From the NCBI GenBank assembly GCA_038244115.1, contig JBBRTU010000001.1, forward strand, positions 150,632-214,631: a stretch of DNA of 64,000 nt, written 5' to 3'. Under the pieces are notes generated by a model. It did no database searches. It saw only the letters and a program-made list of their open reading frames with translations, and was not told the origin of the DNA. Made by a program: the position numbers and the translations under genes. Shown here one piece after another: positions 1-8,090 of the stretch. This DNA comes from Burkholderiales bacterium (lineage in GTDB: Bacteria; Pseudomonadota; Gammaproteobacteria; Burkholderiales; JBBRTU01). How positions within the stretch are numbered: position 1 is the first letter of the stretch; every line of letters begins with the position of its first letter.

Positions 1-550
1 GCACCACCGCTGCCTCCGGCATGCGCCAGGTCAGCACGGCAAGTCCCATCAACATACCTAACACCGCCCACAGTAGGATGCGGATTGGCAAGAAATCAAG
101 CACATAACCCAGGCCAACCACCGAGCAAATAAAGCCCACCGATCCCCACAAGCGGATGCGCCCATATTTATGCGTATGTTCGCCCAAGTGACTGAGCGTC
201 ATCGCCTCCACCAACGGCAGCGAAGCACTCCAGAAAAAACTCATCAGCGACATCACCACGAACAGCCAGGCAAAGGTCGTGCCGAAGAACACCCCAACAA
301 AACACAGCATGCTGCTGATCACCGCGATCTGCACAATCCCCACGCGTTTGCCCGTACGGTCGGCGATCATGCCCCAGATGTTGGGCGCGAACATGCGCAT
401 CACCTGCAACAGCGACATCAAAATACCGATCTGGAAAGCGTTGAAAGCAAGCGACTTGAGATACAGCCCCCAGAAAGGGGCCATGGCGCCAACGAAGGCG
501 AAGTAGAAGAAATAGAAGCCGGACAGACGCCAGTAGGGGAGTTTTTGCAT
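1..550 (-). CDS. MFS transporter, N-terminal part (gene continues beyond window start)
   Basis: Absent from the ORF track because it is open at the window edge. My minus-strand translation from ATG at 550-548 gives MQKLPYWRLSGFYFFYFAFVGAMAPFWGLYLKSLAFNAFQIGILMSLLQVMRMFAPNIWGMIADRTGKR... This shows hydrophobic helices plus the MFS loop motif D-R-x-G-K-R, resembling HcaT/MFS_1-like permeases. Confidence 0.7.
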   Translation of the reverse strand, partial: MQKLPYWRLSGFYFFYFAFVGAMAPFWGLYLKSLAFNAFQIGILMSLLQVMRMFAPNIWGMIADRTGKRVGIVQIAVISSMLCFVGVFFGTTFAWLFVVMSLMSFFWSASLPLVEAMTLSHLGEHTHKYGRIRLWGSVGFICSVVGLGYVLDFLPIRILLWAVLGMLMGLAVLTWRMPEAAVV

Positions 551-651
551 GTTCAATTATTTGAGCGAACTACACGGAGAAGTTTCGCAGACGCCTTTTT
601 GTCATTCCCGCGCAGGTGGGAATAACATTACTGCTTTTAATGCAAAATAAA

Positions 652-1026
652 TTACATCTTCGGCGTATCGGAGGCATTGAGATCAATGCCTTCATTCTTC
701 GCTATTTCAAGCAGATTCTCTTTCAGTTTCGGCAGATGCTGTTCAACGATATTCCAGATCAGCCCCAAATCCACGCCCAAGTATTGATGCGCGAGAAAAT
801 TCCGGGTAGCAGCGATTTGTGGCCAAGGTGTATCGGGGTGGGATGAAATCAGGCTGTCCGTACCCATATCTTTCACAGCTTGACCAATGACTTCAAGATT
901 GCGAATCACCGCGTCCTGTGTTTTCCGGTCATGAAAGAATTCATCTTTGCCTGCTTGCACATATTCATTGATCCAGCCGATGCAATCGTAAATATGCCGG
1001 ATATAAACAGAGCGGTCTTTTGTCAC
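652..1026 (-). CDS. hepT: HepT-like HEPN/DUF86 toxin (type VII TA)
   Basis: 124 aa with the R-x4-H-x-Y motif (RNFLAHQY) typical of DUF86/HepT RNases. It overlaps the upstream nucleotidyltransferase gene by 4 bp. Confidence 0.85.
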   Translation of the reverse strand: MTKDRSVYIRHIYDCIGWINEYVQAGKDEFFHDRKTQDAVIRNLEVIGQAVKDMGTDSLISSHPDTPWPQIAATRNFLAHQYLGVDLGLIWNIVEQHLPKLKENLLEIAKNEGIDLNASDTPKM

Positions 1027-1334
1027 AATGGCACGGATTCGCCAAGGATACGGTCTTTCAGATAGCGGTTAATGCCGTTGGGCGTCAACACATCAACCTT
1101 TTTACCTAGCACTCGCTCGATGTCCTGCTGCAACCCGATCAAGTCGAAAAGGCTTCGTGTTTCCTGCATATCCACCAAAAAGTCGATGTCACTGTCTTCT
1201 CGATCCTCGCCGCGAACGACTGAACCAAACAGGCGAACGTTGCTAGCGCCATGCTGGATTGCAAGCGCCAATATCTCGGCTCTTTTTATTCGCAATAAAT
1301 TCAACGTGCTCATAATTTTTGCATTGTAATCCAT
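1023..1334 (-). CDS. mntA: MntA-like minimal nucleotidyltransferase antitoxin
   Basis: 103 aa with the GSVVRGEDREDSDIDFLVD motif (G-S...D-x-D of Pol-beta-fold NTases). Translationally coupled to the HepT gene. Confidence 0.85.
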   Translation of the reverse strand: MDYNAKIMSTLNLLRIKRAEILALAIQHGASNVRLFGSVVRGEDREDSDIDFLVDMQETRSLFDLIGLQQDIERVLGKKVDVLTPNGINRYLKDRILGESVPL

Positions 1335-1365
1335 ATCAATTTCGCAAACATATCTTAAATCTGCC

Positions 1366-1731
1366 TTACGCCGCCGCTTTCAACGTAAAATCAGCGTGGA
1401 TTTCATCCCAGGGTACAAAAACTCGTCCCTCTTCGTTCTTCTCGATCAACCCCAGCGCCAGCAGTTTCCCCACATCGGAATGCACATTGCTGTAATTGCG
1501 TTCGAGCTGCTTAGCGAGCGCGTAAACCGACATCGCCCCCCCGCGCTTTAGTGCCTCCAGCAACGACCAACGGGCAGGCGTCAGTACAGCAAGCAACTGC
1601 GGCATGCTGGCAAAATACAATGCCTCACGCGGCGCAACCTTACGCCCTGCTTCGGCGTTCTTCCATGCTTCCAGCACATCACCGCCCATCTCTTTCAGGG
1701 AGCGCATGCCGATTTCAAGTTTCTTCATCAT
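1366..1731 (-). CDS. Winged-helix DNA-binding protein, putative TumA-like antitoxin
   Basis: 121 aa with an MarR/ArsR-like wHTH stretch (MSVYALAKQLERNYSNVHSDVGKLLALGLIE). It overlaps the upstream DUF6516-like gene by 17 bp. Confidence 0.6.
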   Translation of the reverse strand: MMKKLEIGMRSLKEMGGDVLEAWKNAEAGRKVAPREALYFASMPQLLAVLTPARWSLLEALKRGGAMSVYALAKQLERNYSNVHSDVGKLLALGLIEKNEEGRVFVPWDEIHADFTLKAAA

Positions 1732-2023
1732 TCACCTCCGCGAGCCTTGCCACATCTTTCAGAAAATCGGCCACCAGCCGCTCTGCGCTGACAAACGTAT
1801 AAACCCGCTCATCATCACCATAATGGATATGGTCGCCTTTCCCCGCTTCGTTGTCGTATCGCACGATGCAACGTCCCGCCTTTCCGCAATAAAACCGGTA
1901 CTTCAAGCCGTGCGACCTGTCCACCGTAACATTCGAAAGCCGCCAAACCACCATTTCAACCACCACCCCGTTGGAATAGGTTTTCTTGAGATTGCGGATC
2001 AGCTTCGCCTTCATATATTGCAT
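1715..2023 (-). CDS. DUF6516/TumE-like putative toxin
   Basis: 102 aa. The pattern GLKYRFYCG...IVRYDNEAGKGDHIHYGDDE matches my recollection of the TumE family that pairs with a wHTH partner. Family assignment is from memory only. Confidence 0.55.
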   Translation of the reverse strand: MQYMKAKLIRNLKKTYSNGVVVEMVVWRLSNVTVDRSHGLKYRFYCGKAGRCIVRYDNEAGKGDHIHYGDDERVYTFVSAERLVADFLKDVARLAEVNDEET

Positions 2024-2145
2024 TATAACAATATATCTATTTCATGCAATGCATGCGCGCTAGTAGGGCAAGGATTACATGAATGGCTAAATTTATTTTG
2101 ACCACGGGGAATATCGAGGGGAGCTCTTAAAAGCCCACCAGTTGG

Positions 2146-2281
2146 CTAGCGGTAATCATCCTCGCGCTGATGTCGCACCGCCAGAATGGTCACAGTCTCA
2201 TTGTCCTCAATTTCGAACAAGCAACATATCCAGCCGCCGCAAGCCCTCCCTGGCCGCCCCAGTGTAGCGAACCTGAATCAC
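2146..2281 (-). pseudogene. ParE/RelE-family toxin remnant (internal deletion plus frameshift)
   Basis: A GTG at 2281 overlaps the antitoxin stop. Frame 1 reads VIQVRYTGAAREGLRRLDMLLVRN*. The +1 frame reads LFEIEDNETVTILAVRHQREDDYR* (stop at 2148-2146). These look like the N- and C-terminal ends of a ~95-aa ParE-like toxin with the middle missing. Confidence 0.5.
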
Positions 2282-2550
2282 ATATGCACCTTGGCTTTGG
2301 CACGAACCAGCATATCATCCAGCTCGCGCAGGACATCATCGGCTGCGAAGTATTCGCCAGCTCGCCGCGCCTCATCACTCGAAGCCAGCCCCCGGGCGAT
2401 AAAAGCCTGTTGCATCTGCCGACGCTCGGTGTTGGCCCGTAGCGATTGCTCCACAAAATTGGACAAGCTCTCGCCGTTCTGCAAAACACTTTCAGCGGCT
2501 TGCCGCAACTCGGGATCAACGCGAAGCGATAGAATCGTAGCGGTCTTCAT
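2278..2550 (-). CDS. Ribbon-helix-helix antitoxin (ParD/CopG-like)
   Basis: I chose the start at MKTATILSLRVDPELRQAAE because AAGGAG lies 7 nt upstream of the ATG at 2550. It has an RHH N-terminus and an acidic C-terminal tail, with a toxin remnant immediately downstream. Confidence 0.7.
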   Translation of the reverse strand: MKTATILSLRVDPELRQAAESVLQNGESLSNFVEQSLRANTERRQMQQAFIARGLASSDEARRAGEYFAADDVLRELDDMLVRAKAKVHM

Positions 2551-2612
2551 GGGAAACTCCTTTGCACTGCAAGCATGGTCGATCCAAGCACTAAGGCAAC
2601 ACATCCTGTGGC

Positions 2613-2637
2613 CTGTAGGAGCGGGCTTGCCCGCGAA
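2613..2637. repeat. REP-type palindromic unit (CTGTAGGAGCGGGCTTGCCCGCGAA)
   Basis: GCGGGC-TT-GCCCGC hairpin preceded by TGTAGGA, which is the classical REP architecture. Intergenic. Confidence 0.7.
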
Positions 2638-2718
2638 ATGGCGGTTATTGCGTGTAAGCCCGCTCAGTTACATGAGCATCGCTTCTATCGCAAATTGAAA
2701 TTAGCCGCCTCACATGCA

Positions 2719-2976
2719 TCAAGCCGCTGCGGGAATAATCTCCCGCTCAATGCGTTTGGCATTCTCGATTTCCGCTACCCGCAAATCATACGCAGCCTGC
2801 AAACTGAGCCATGAGCGCGCATCGCCGCCAAAATAACGCGCCAGCCGCATGGCAGTGTCCGCCGAAATACCCCGCCGTTCGCGCACGATATCGTTGATGC
2901 GCGGTGCCGGAACATTCAGCGCCTTCAGCGGAACAAGGGGTCGCAGCGGAACAAGGGGTCGCGTCTTGACATGGCA
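2719..2976 (-). pseudogene. higA: HigA-family (XRE HTH) antitoxin remnant lacking its N-terminus and start codon
   Basis: The minus frame reads ...RPLVPLRPLVPLKALNVPAPRINDIVRERRGISADTAMRLARYFGGDARSWLSLQAAYDLRVAEIENAKRIEREIIPAAA*. There is no ATG/GTG/TTG between the upstream in-frame TGA (2988-2986) and the HTH. The ~25 N-terminal residues usual for HigA are absent. Confidence 0.65.
2926..2961. repeat. Perfect 18-bp tandem duplication (CAGCGGAACAAGGGGTCG x2)
   Basis: Read directly at 2926-2943 and 2944-2961. It encodes the duplicated RPLVPL at the truncated 5' end of the higA remnant. Confidence 0.9.
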
Positions 2977-3053
2977 TATTCCGTATCAGAAAAATCGTGA
3001 TGGAGAAGAGGCGAGTTGCATGTCAAGATGTGACCCCTTTGTGGTACGGCTTG

Positions 3054-3179
3054 TTATACGATCTCGATGGTCTCCTGAATCGTGCGTCCTTGGGCAACCA
3101 AGCCCTGCACCTCATCGCTGGTTGCCAGATAAACGCCTTCCGGCAGTTTCTCGATATGCAGATTTACGATGCGTTCCAT
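3054..3179 (-). pseudogene. HicB-like antitoxin N-terminal fragment (41 aa ORF, strong RBS)
   Basis: AAGGAGG lies 5 nt upstream of the ATG at 3179. It encodes MERIVNLHIEKLPEGVYLATSDEVQGLVAQGRTIQETIEIV*, matching the N-terminal domain of HicB-family antitoxins. The ORF stops where these proteins normally continue for about 25-30 more residues. Confidence 0.5.
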
Positions 3180-3205
3180 ATTACCTCCTTTCTTTTAGTC
3201 GTTTG

Positions 3206-3317
3206 TCGGTTCCGACCCGATGGGGCTTGAACCGACCTACAGCTCGCGTAGGGCGCAATCGTTATTGCGCCGAATGAAAACATCCGGTGCAATGCGCTGC
3301 GCTTATTGACACCCTAC
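3206..3317. repeat. Cluster of palindromic REP-like units
   Basis: GTCGGTTC...GAACCGAC hairpin at 3206-3236. GTAGGGCGCAAT-CGTT-ATTGCGCC at 3248-3271. An inverted, related unit (revcomp GTAGGGTGTCAATAAGCGCAGCGCATTGCACC) ends at 3317. The arrangement is BIME-like. Confidence 0.65.
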
Positions 3318-3417
3318 AGCAAACCACAACAAATCAATCGAGTACGACCCCATTGATTCGCTTTTCAACTGATAGATGGTGTCTTTGCTCGGCATGGCAG
3401 CCCGCTTCTTCACTAGA

Positions 3418-3984
3418 TCAAAATTCCACGTCCTGATAGGCTGATTCAATCTGGAAAGTCAGGTTCAGGCTATGCAGGGTAACAGCCTCTCCCTCGCCAT
3501 AGGGGTGCAAAATCCATTCGCCACTGTCGCCACGACGATAACATTCGATACGTACCTGTTCCGCGTCCACCAGCACGTATTCCTGCAAACTCTGCAACTG
3601 GCGGTAGCTGGCAAACTTTTTATCGCGGTCGTAAAGCGCGGTGGAGGGGGACAGTATTTCCACCACCAGCACCGGTTCGCTTTTGATGTACTTGTTTTGA
3701 CGATCGGCTTCGGAGCAGGTAACCATCAGGTCGGGATAGAAATAGGCGTTGGCCGTTTCCACCCGCAGCTTGAGATCAGTGAAGAATGCCTGGCAGGGGC
3801 CGCCGCGCAAGTGGTTTTTAAACAACGAAGCCATGTTGAATACGATTTCATTGTGCGCCGAACTGGTGCCCACCATGGCGAACACCTCACCGTTGAGGTA
3901 TTCGCTGCGCGTGTCGGATTGCATTTCCATCTCCAGATATGCTTCCGGGGCGATGTAGCCGGGGGGTTCCTGCGACAAGCCCAT
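3418..3984 (-). CDS. Uma2-family (DUF820) putative endonuclease
   Basis: Start moved to MGLSQEPPGY because AGGAGG lies upstream of the ATG at 3984. The pattern EYLNGEV...PDL...EPVLVVEILSPST...D...K...Y is typical of the Uma2/PD-(D/E)xK family. Confidence 0.8.
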   Translation of the reverse strand: MGLSQEPPGYIAPEAYLEMEMQSDTRSEYLNGEVFAMVGTSSAHNEIVFNMASLFKNHLRGGPCQAFFTDLKLRVETANAYFYPDLMVTCSEADRQNKYIKSEPVLVVEILSPSTALYDRDKKFASYRQLQSLQEYVLVDAEQVRIECYRRGDSGEWILHPYGEGEAVTLHSLNLTFQIESAYQDVEF

Positions 3985-4000
3985 GTCAACCTCCTGATCG

Positions 4001-5101
4001 TTACCTGATTTTACCCGGAATCTTCGGCGTAGCGCACACCACATCCGCATTCTGCGCGCGGTGGCGTAACGCATGATCCATTAGCACGATAGCCATCATG
4101 GATTCGGCAATCGGCGTGGCGCGAATGCCGACGCAGGGGTCGTGGCGACCATGGGTTTCCACGGTTACCGGATTGCCGGCCAAGTCGATGGTGCGGCGCG
4201 GCAGGCGGATACTGGAAGTCGGTTTGATGGCAATGTGCGCGACGATATCCTGGCCGGTGGAAATACCACCCAGGATGCCGCCGGCATGATTGGAGAGGAA
4301 GCCATCTGGCGTCAACTCGTCGCCGTGCTCGGTGCCTTTTTGCGTCACTGAAGTGAAACCTGCGCCGATCTCCACGCCTTTCACCGCGTTAATGCTCATC
4401 AGCGCAAAGGCCAGATCGGCATCAAGGCGGTCGTATACCGGCTCGCCCCAGCCTACCGGCGCGCCTTCCGCCACCACGCTGATTTTTGCGCCGATGGAAT
4501 CGCCCGCTTTGCGCAGGCTGTCCATGTAGTCTTCTAGCTGCTGCACATAGCTGTCGTCAGCGACGAAGAACGGGTTGCTGTTGACTACGTCCCAGGTTTT
4601 GAACGGCACTTCGATGGGGCCGAGCTGGGACAAATATCCGCGAATGACAATCCCATAACGTTCGTGCATCCACTTTTTGGCAATTGCCCCAGCTGCCACG
4701 CGCACTGCGGTTTCCCGCGCGGAGGAACGTCCGCCGCCGCGATAATCGCGGAAACCATATTTGTGCGTGTAGGTGTAGTCGGCGTGGCCGGGGCGGAAAG
4801 TTTCGGCGATGTTGCCGTAATCCTTGCTGCGCTGGTCTTCGTTACGAATCAGCAATGCAATCGGCGTACCCGTGGTTTTACCTTCGAACACGCCAGACAG
4901 AATTTCCACCGTATCCGACTCACGCCGCTGGGTGACGTGGCGCGAGGTGCCGGGCTTGCGCCGGTCGAGTTCCAACTGGATATCAGCTGCCGTGAGTGCC
5001 ATACCGGGCGGGCATCCATCCACCACACAGCCGATAGCGGGGCCGTGGGATTCGCCGAAAGAAGTTACGCAAAAAAGCTTGCCGAGAGAGTTACCAGACA
5101 T
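4001..5101 (-). CDS. aroC: Chorismate synthase
   Basis: 366 aa. Begins [33 protein letters not shown] and contains [11 protein letters not shown] motifs; full length. Confidence 0.97.
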   Translation of the reverse strand: MSGNSLGKLFCVTSFGESHGPAIGCVVDGCPPGMALTAADIQLELDRRKPGTSRHVTQRRESDTVEILSGVFEGKTTGTPIALLIRNEDQRSKDYGNIAETFRPGHADYTYTHKYGFRDYRGGGRSSARETAVRVAAGAIAKKWMHERYGIVIRGYLSQLGPIEVPFKTWDVVNSNPFFVADDSYVQQLEDYMDSLRKAGDSIGAKISVVAEGAPVGWGEPVYDRLDADLAFALMSINAVKGVEIGAGFTSVTQKGTEHGDELTPDGFLSNHAGGILGGISTGQDIVAHIAIKPTSSIRLPRRTIDLAGNPVTVETHGRHDPCVGIRATPIAESMMAIVLMDHALRHRAQNADVVCATPKIPGKIR

Positions 5102-5162
5102 TTTGATTCACATAGAGAAAACAATGAGCTAAGTTTAACATAAGCGCATTCTTGTTAATGCC

Positions 5163-7853
5163 ATGAAAATCCACCATCTCAGCGTCGAAGCAGCACTCGC
5201 CAGTCTCAACACCGGCAGGGATGGCTTGAGCCACGCCGAAGCTGTGCGTCGCCTACAGGAATTTGGTCCGAACCAGGTGGAGCGCATCGCTGGCACCCCG
5301 CTGTGGCTGCGCTTCCTCAAGGAGTTCACACATTTTTTCGCACTGATTCTGTGGGTAGCGGCAGGACTTGCCTTTGCTGCCGAAGTGTTCGGGCCAGGCC
5401 AGGGCATGCTTACGCTCGGTCTGGCGATTCTTGGCGTCATTCTGATTAACGGCCTGTTTTCTTTCTTGCAGGAATACCGTGCGGAAAAGGCGTTGGCCGC
5501 GCTGGAAAAATTGCTGCCGCACCAGGTCGAAGTCATGCGCGAAGGTAAAGCTCTCCAATTACGCGTTGCGGAACTGGTGCCGGGCGATTTCCTGATTCTG
5601 GAGGAAGGCGGCGATGTCCCCGCCGACTGCCGCTTGATCGAAGCCTTCGGCGTGCGTGTCAACAATGCGACGGTAACCGGCGAATCGCTGCCAAAAGCGC
5701 GCGACGCCAATCCTTCGGCAGAAGAAAATTTTCTGCACAGCAAGAACGTGCTGCTGGCTGGCACCTCGCTGGTTTCTGGCCAAGCCAAGGCCGTCGTGTT
5801 CGCCACCGGCGCGCATACTGAGTTCGGCAAAATCGCCAGCCTGACCCAGTCAGCACACGAACCTGTCTCTCCTCTGCAACGCGAGATTGCCCACCTTTCG
5901 CGCCTGGTTGCCATCCTGGCCACGTCGATTGGCGTGGTGTTCTTTCTCATCGGCCAATTTATCGGCCTGTCATTCTGGGCAAATCTGATCTTTGCCATCG
6001 GCATCATCGTTGCCAACGTACCGGAAGGACTGCTCCCCACCGTCACCCTCTCCCTTGCCATGGCGACGCAGCGCATGGCCAAGCGCAACGCCCTGGTGCG
6101 GCACCTGTCTTCGGTGGAAACACTCGGTTCGGCCTCGGTCATTCTCACCGACAAAACCGGCACGCTCACGCAAAACCGCATGGAGGTGAAGCAACTCTTT
6201 CTGGGTGAAAAAACACTGAGCCGGAGCGACGCCCTGTCCGAAGCAAGCCTGCTGGAAAAATGGCGGCCGCTGTTTCTGGGCATGGGCCTGTGCCACAACC
6301 TGAAACGCGCGGACAATAACCAGTGGCTGGGTGACCCGATGGAAGTCGCGCTGGCGAACATGGCGCTGGATACTCACATCGATCCGGCAGCATTTGTCAT
6401 TGTGGACGAAGTCCCCTTCGACACGGATCGCAAACGACTCTCCACCTTGCACCAAGTCTCTGGCGGACTAGAACTTTACACCAAGGGCGCACCCGAAACC
6501 GTGCTGCCGTTGTGCCATCAACTGCTACTCGAAACGGGGCTTACGCCGCTCACACCCGCACTGTACAAGGCATTTACCGATGCGCAGGCACGCATGGCCG
6601 ACCAAGGCCTGCGCGTTCTTGCCTTCGCGCAACGTACAGTGCAACCCGGCTATACGCATGACGCGCTGGAAACGGACATGACGCTGGTCGGCCTGGTTGG
6701 ACTGGAGGACCCGCCCCGACCCGAGGTAAGCGCGGCCATCCAGAAATGCTTCGATGCGGGCATTCGCGTCATCATGGTGACGGGCGACCACCCGCATACT
6801 GCCCTGGCCATCGGACGCGAGATCGGTTTGATCCGCTCCGCCAAACCCGCCATCGTCACTGGCGACGAATTGCTGCACCTGTCCGACACTCAGTTGCAAC
6901 TTGCCCTGGACGCACCGGAAATTATTTTTGCCCGCGTCACGGCGGACCAGAAACTGCACATCGTCAACGCGCTACAACAGAAGAAGCATACAGTTGCCGT
7001 CACCGGCGACGGCGTGAACGACGCCCCAGCGCTAAAGCAAGCCGACATCGGCATCGCCATGGGTATCAGTGGAACTGATGTGGCCAAGGAAGCCGCCGAC
7101 ATGATTCTGCTCGACGACAACTTTGCCAGCATCGTTGCCGCTATCGAAGAAGGCCGCGGCGTGTACGACAACATCCGCAAGTTCCTCACCTACATCCTCA
7201 CTTCCAACATTCCGGAGCTGATCCCTTATCTTGCTTTTGTTCTATTCAAAATCCCCTTGCCGCTAACCATCATCCAGATCCTGGCCGTAGACCTGGGAAC
7301 CGACATGCTGCCAGCGCTAGGGCTAGGCGCGGAACCCCCTCATCCAGGCGTCATGCAACGCCCGCCGCGTCCGCGCCAGGAACGTCTCCTCAATCTGGAA
7401 CTGCTGCTGCGTGCCTATCTGTTTCTGGGCATCATGGAAGCAGGCGCAGCCATGGCAGCCTTTTTCTTCGTGCTACACGGTGGCGGCTGGCACTATGGTG
7501 AGACACTTGACCATCTCGATCCGCTTTACCTGCAAGCCACCACGGCCACCTTGAGCGCCATCATCGTGATGCAAGTCGTCAACGTGTTTCTCTGCCGCAG
7601 CCAGCGCGATTCGGCATTTTCCTTCGGCCTGTTCAGCAATCGCCTGATCCTGGGCGGCATTGCTTTCGAGATTGCGCTGATCTGTCTAATTGATTACACC
7701 CCATGGGGCAACGCGCTATTCGGCACCGCGCCTATCGGCATGGACGTGTGGCTATTCGTCGTGCCTTTCGCGCTGGGAATGCTGGTTATGGAAGAATTGC
7801 GGAAGTGGCTGGCACATAAACTTTTTCAGCGTCACAACGGCGTCTACCTATAA
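5163..7853 (+). CDS. Cation-translocating P-type ATPase (type II, PEGL class)
   Basis: 896 aa with phosphorylation motif DKTGTLT, TM4 VPEGLLPTVT, hinge TGDGVNDAPALKQADIGIAMG and an N-terminal Cation_ATPase_N-like segment. Confidence 0.95.
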   Translation: MKIHHLSVEAALASLNTGRDGLSHAEAVRRLQEFGPNQVERIAGTPLWLRFLKEFTHFFALILWVAAGLAFAAEVFGPGQGMLTLGLAILGVILINGLFSFLQEYRAEKALAALEKLLPHQVEVMREGKALQLRVAELVPGDFLILEEGGDVPADCRLIEAFGVRVNNATVTGESLPKARDANPSAEENFLHSKNVLLAGTSLVSGQAKAVVFATGAHTEFGKIASLTQSAHEPVSPLQREIAHLSRLVAILATSIGVVFFLIGQFIGLSFWANLIFAIGIIVANVPEGLLPTVTLSLAMATQRMAKRNALVRHLSSVETLGSASVILTDKTGTLTQNRMEVKQLFLGEKTLSRSDALSEASLLEKWRPLFLGMGLCHNLKRADNNQWLGDPMEVALANMALDTHIDPAAFVIVDEVPFDTDRKRLSTLHQVSGGLELYTKGAPETVLPLCHQLLLETGLTPLTPALYKAFTDAQARMADQGLRVLAFAQRTVQPGYTHDALETDMTLVGLVGLEDPPRPEVSAAIQKCFDAGIRVIMVTGDHPHTALAIGREIGLIRSAKPAIVTGDELLHLSDTQLQLALDAPEIIFARVTADQKLHIVNALQQKKHTVAVTGDGVNDAPALKQADIGIAMGISGTDVAKEAADMILLDDNFASIVAAIEEGRGVYDNIRKFLTYILTSNIPELIPYLAFVLFKIPLPLTIIQILAVDLGTDMLPALGLGAEPPHPGVMQRPPRPRQERLLNLELLLRAYLFLGIMEAGAAMAAFFFVLHGGGWHYGETLDHLDPLYLQATTATLSAIIVMQVVNVFLCRSQRDSAFSFGLFSNRLILGGIAFEIALICLIDYTPWGNALFGTAPIGMDVWLFVVPFALGMLVMEELRKWLAHKLFQRHNGVYL

Positions 7854-7861
7854 TGACACGT

Positions 7862-8023
7862 ATGAAGAAAACAGCGAATCCCAATAACCCGCTGGCCGAA
7901 TTGCTCGCCGCAAAACAGCGTAGCTTGCAAATGCGCCAGGCAGAGAAGACCGCTAACCCACTCACTGACAAACTTGCACGCTGGCAGCGCTTCAATCGTT
8001 TTGCATGGGATAAAAATAAATGA
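7862..8023 (+). CDS. Small hypothetical protein (53 aa)
   Basis: ATG lies 9 nt after the ATPase stop. Encodes MKKTANPNNPLAELLAAKQRSLQMRQAEKTANPLTDKLARWQRFNRFAWDKNK*. No recognisable family and below the ORF-track cutoff. Confidence 0.25.
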   Translation: MKKTANPNNPLAELLAAKQRSLQMRQAEKTANPLTDKLARWQRFNRFAWDKNK

Positions 8024-8090
8024 TCATGGATGGCAAGGCCGTGAAAATTCTGCTGGGCTATAACTCACGAAAGCTTTAGCCGAAGGACTG

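Noticed and set aside
170-625. 151-aa plus-strand His/Arg-rich ORF
   Set aside because: Antisense to the MFS transporter N-terminus, which reads as clean TM helices from ATG 550.
3206-3240. tRNA-like GGTTCAAGCCCC T-loop resemblance
   Set aside because: Only an 8-bp hairpin (GTCGGTTC/GAACCGAC) is present. There are no acceptor, D or anticodon arms, so it is better explained as a REP-like hairpin.
650-3400. Idea that the string of small same-strand TA cassettes is a chromosomal integron array
   Set aside because: No intI integrase or attI is present in the window. The gaps between cassettes are either too short (about 30 nt) or contain REP-type palindromes rather than attC sites with RYYYAAC/GTTRRRY cores.
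5135-6361. 408-aa minus-strand ORF (plus several smaller ones up to 7189)
   Set aside because: Antisense to the P-type ATPase, whose motifs are unambiguous. The sequence is low-complexity and Ser/Arg/Ala-rich.
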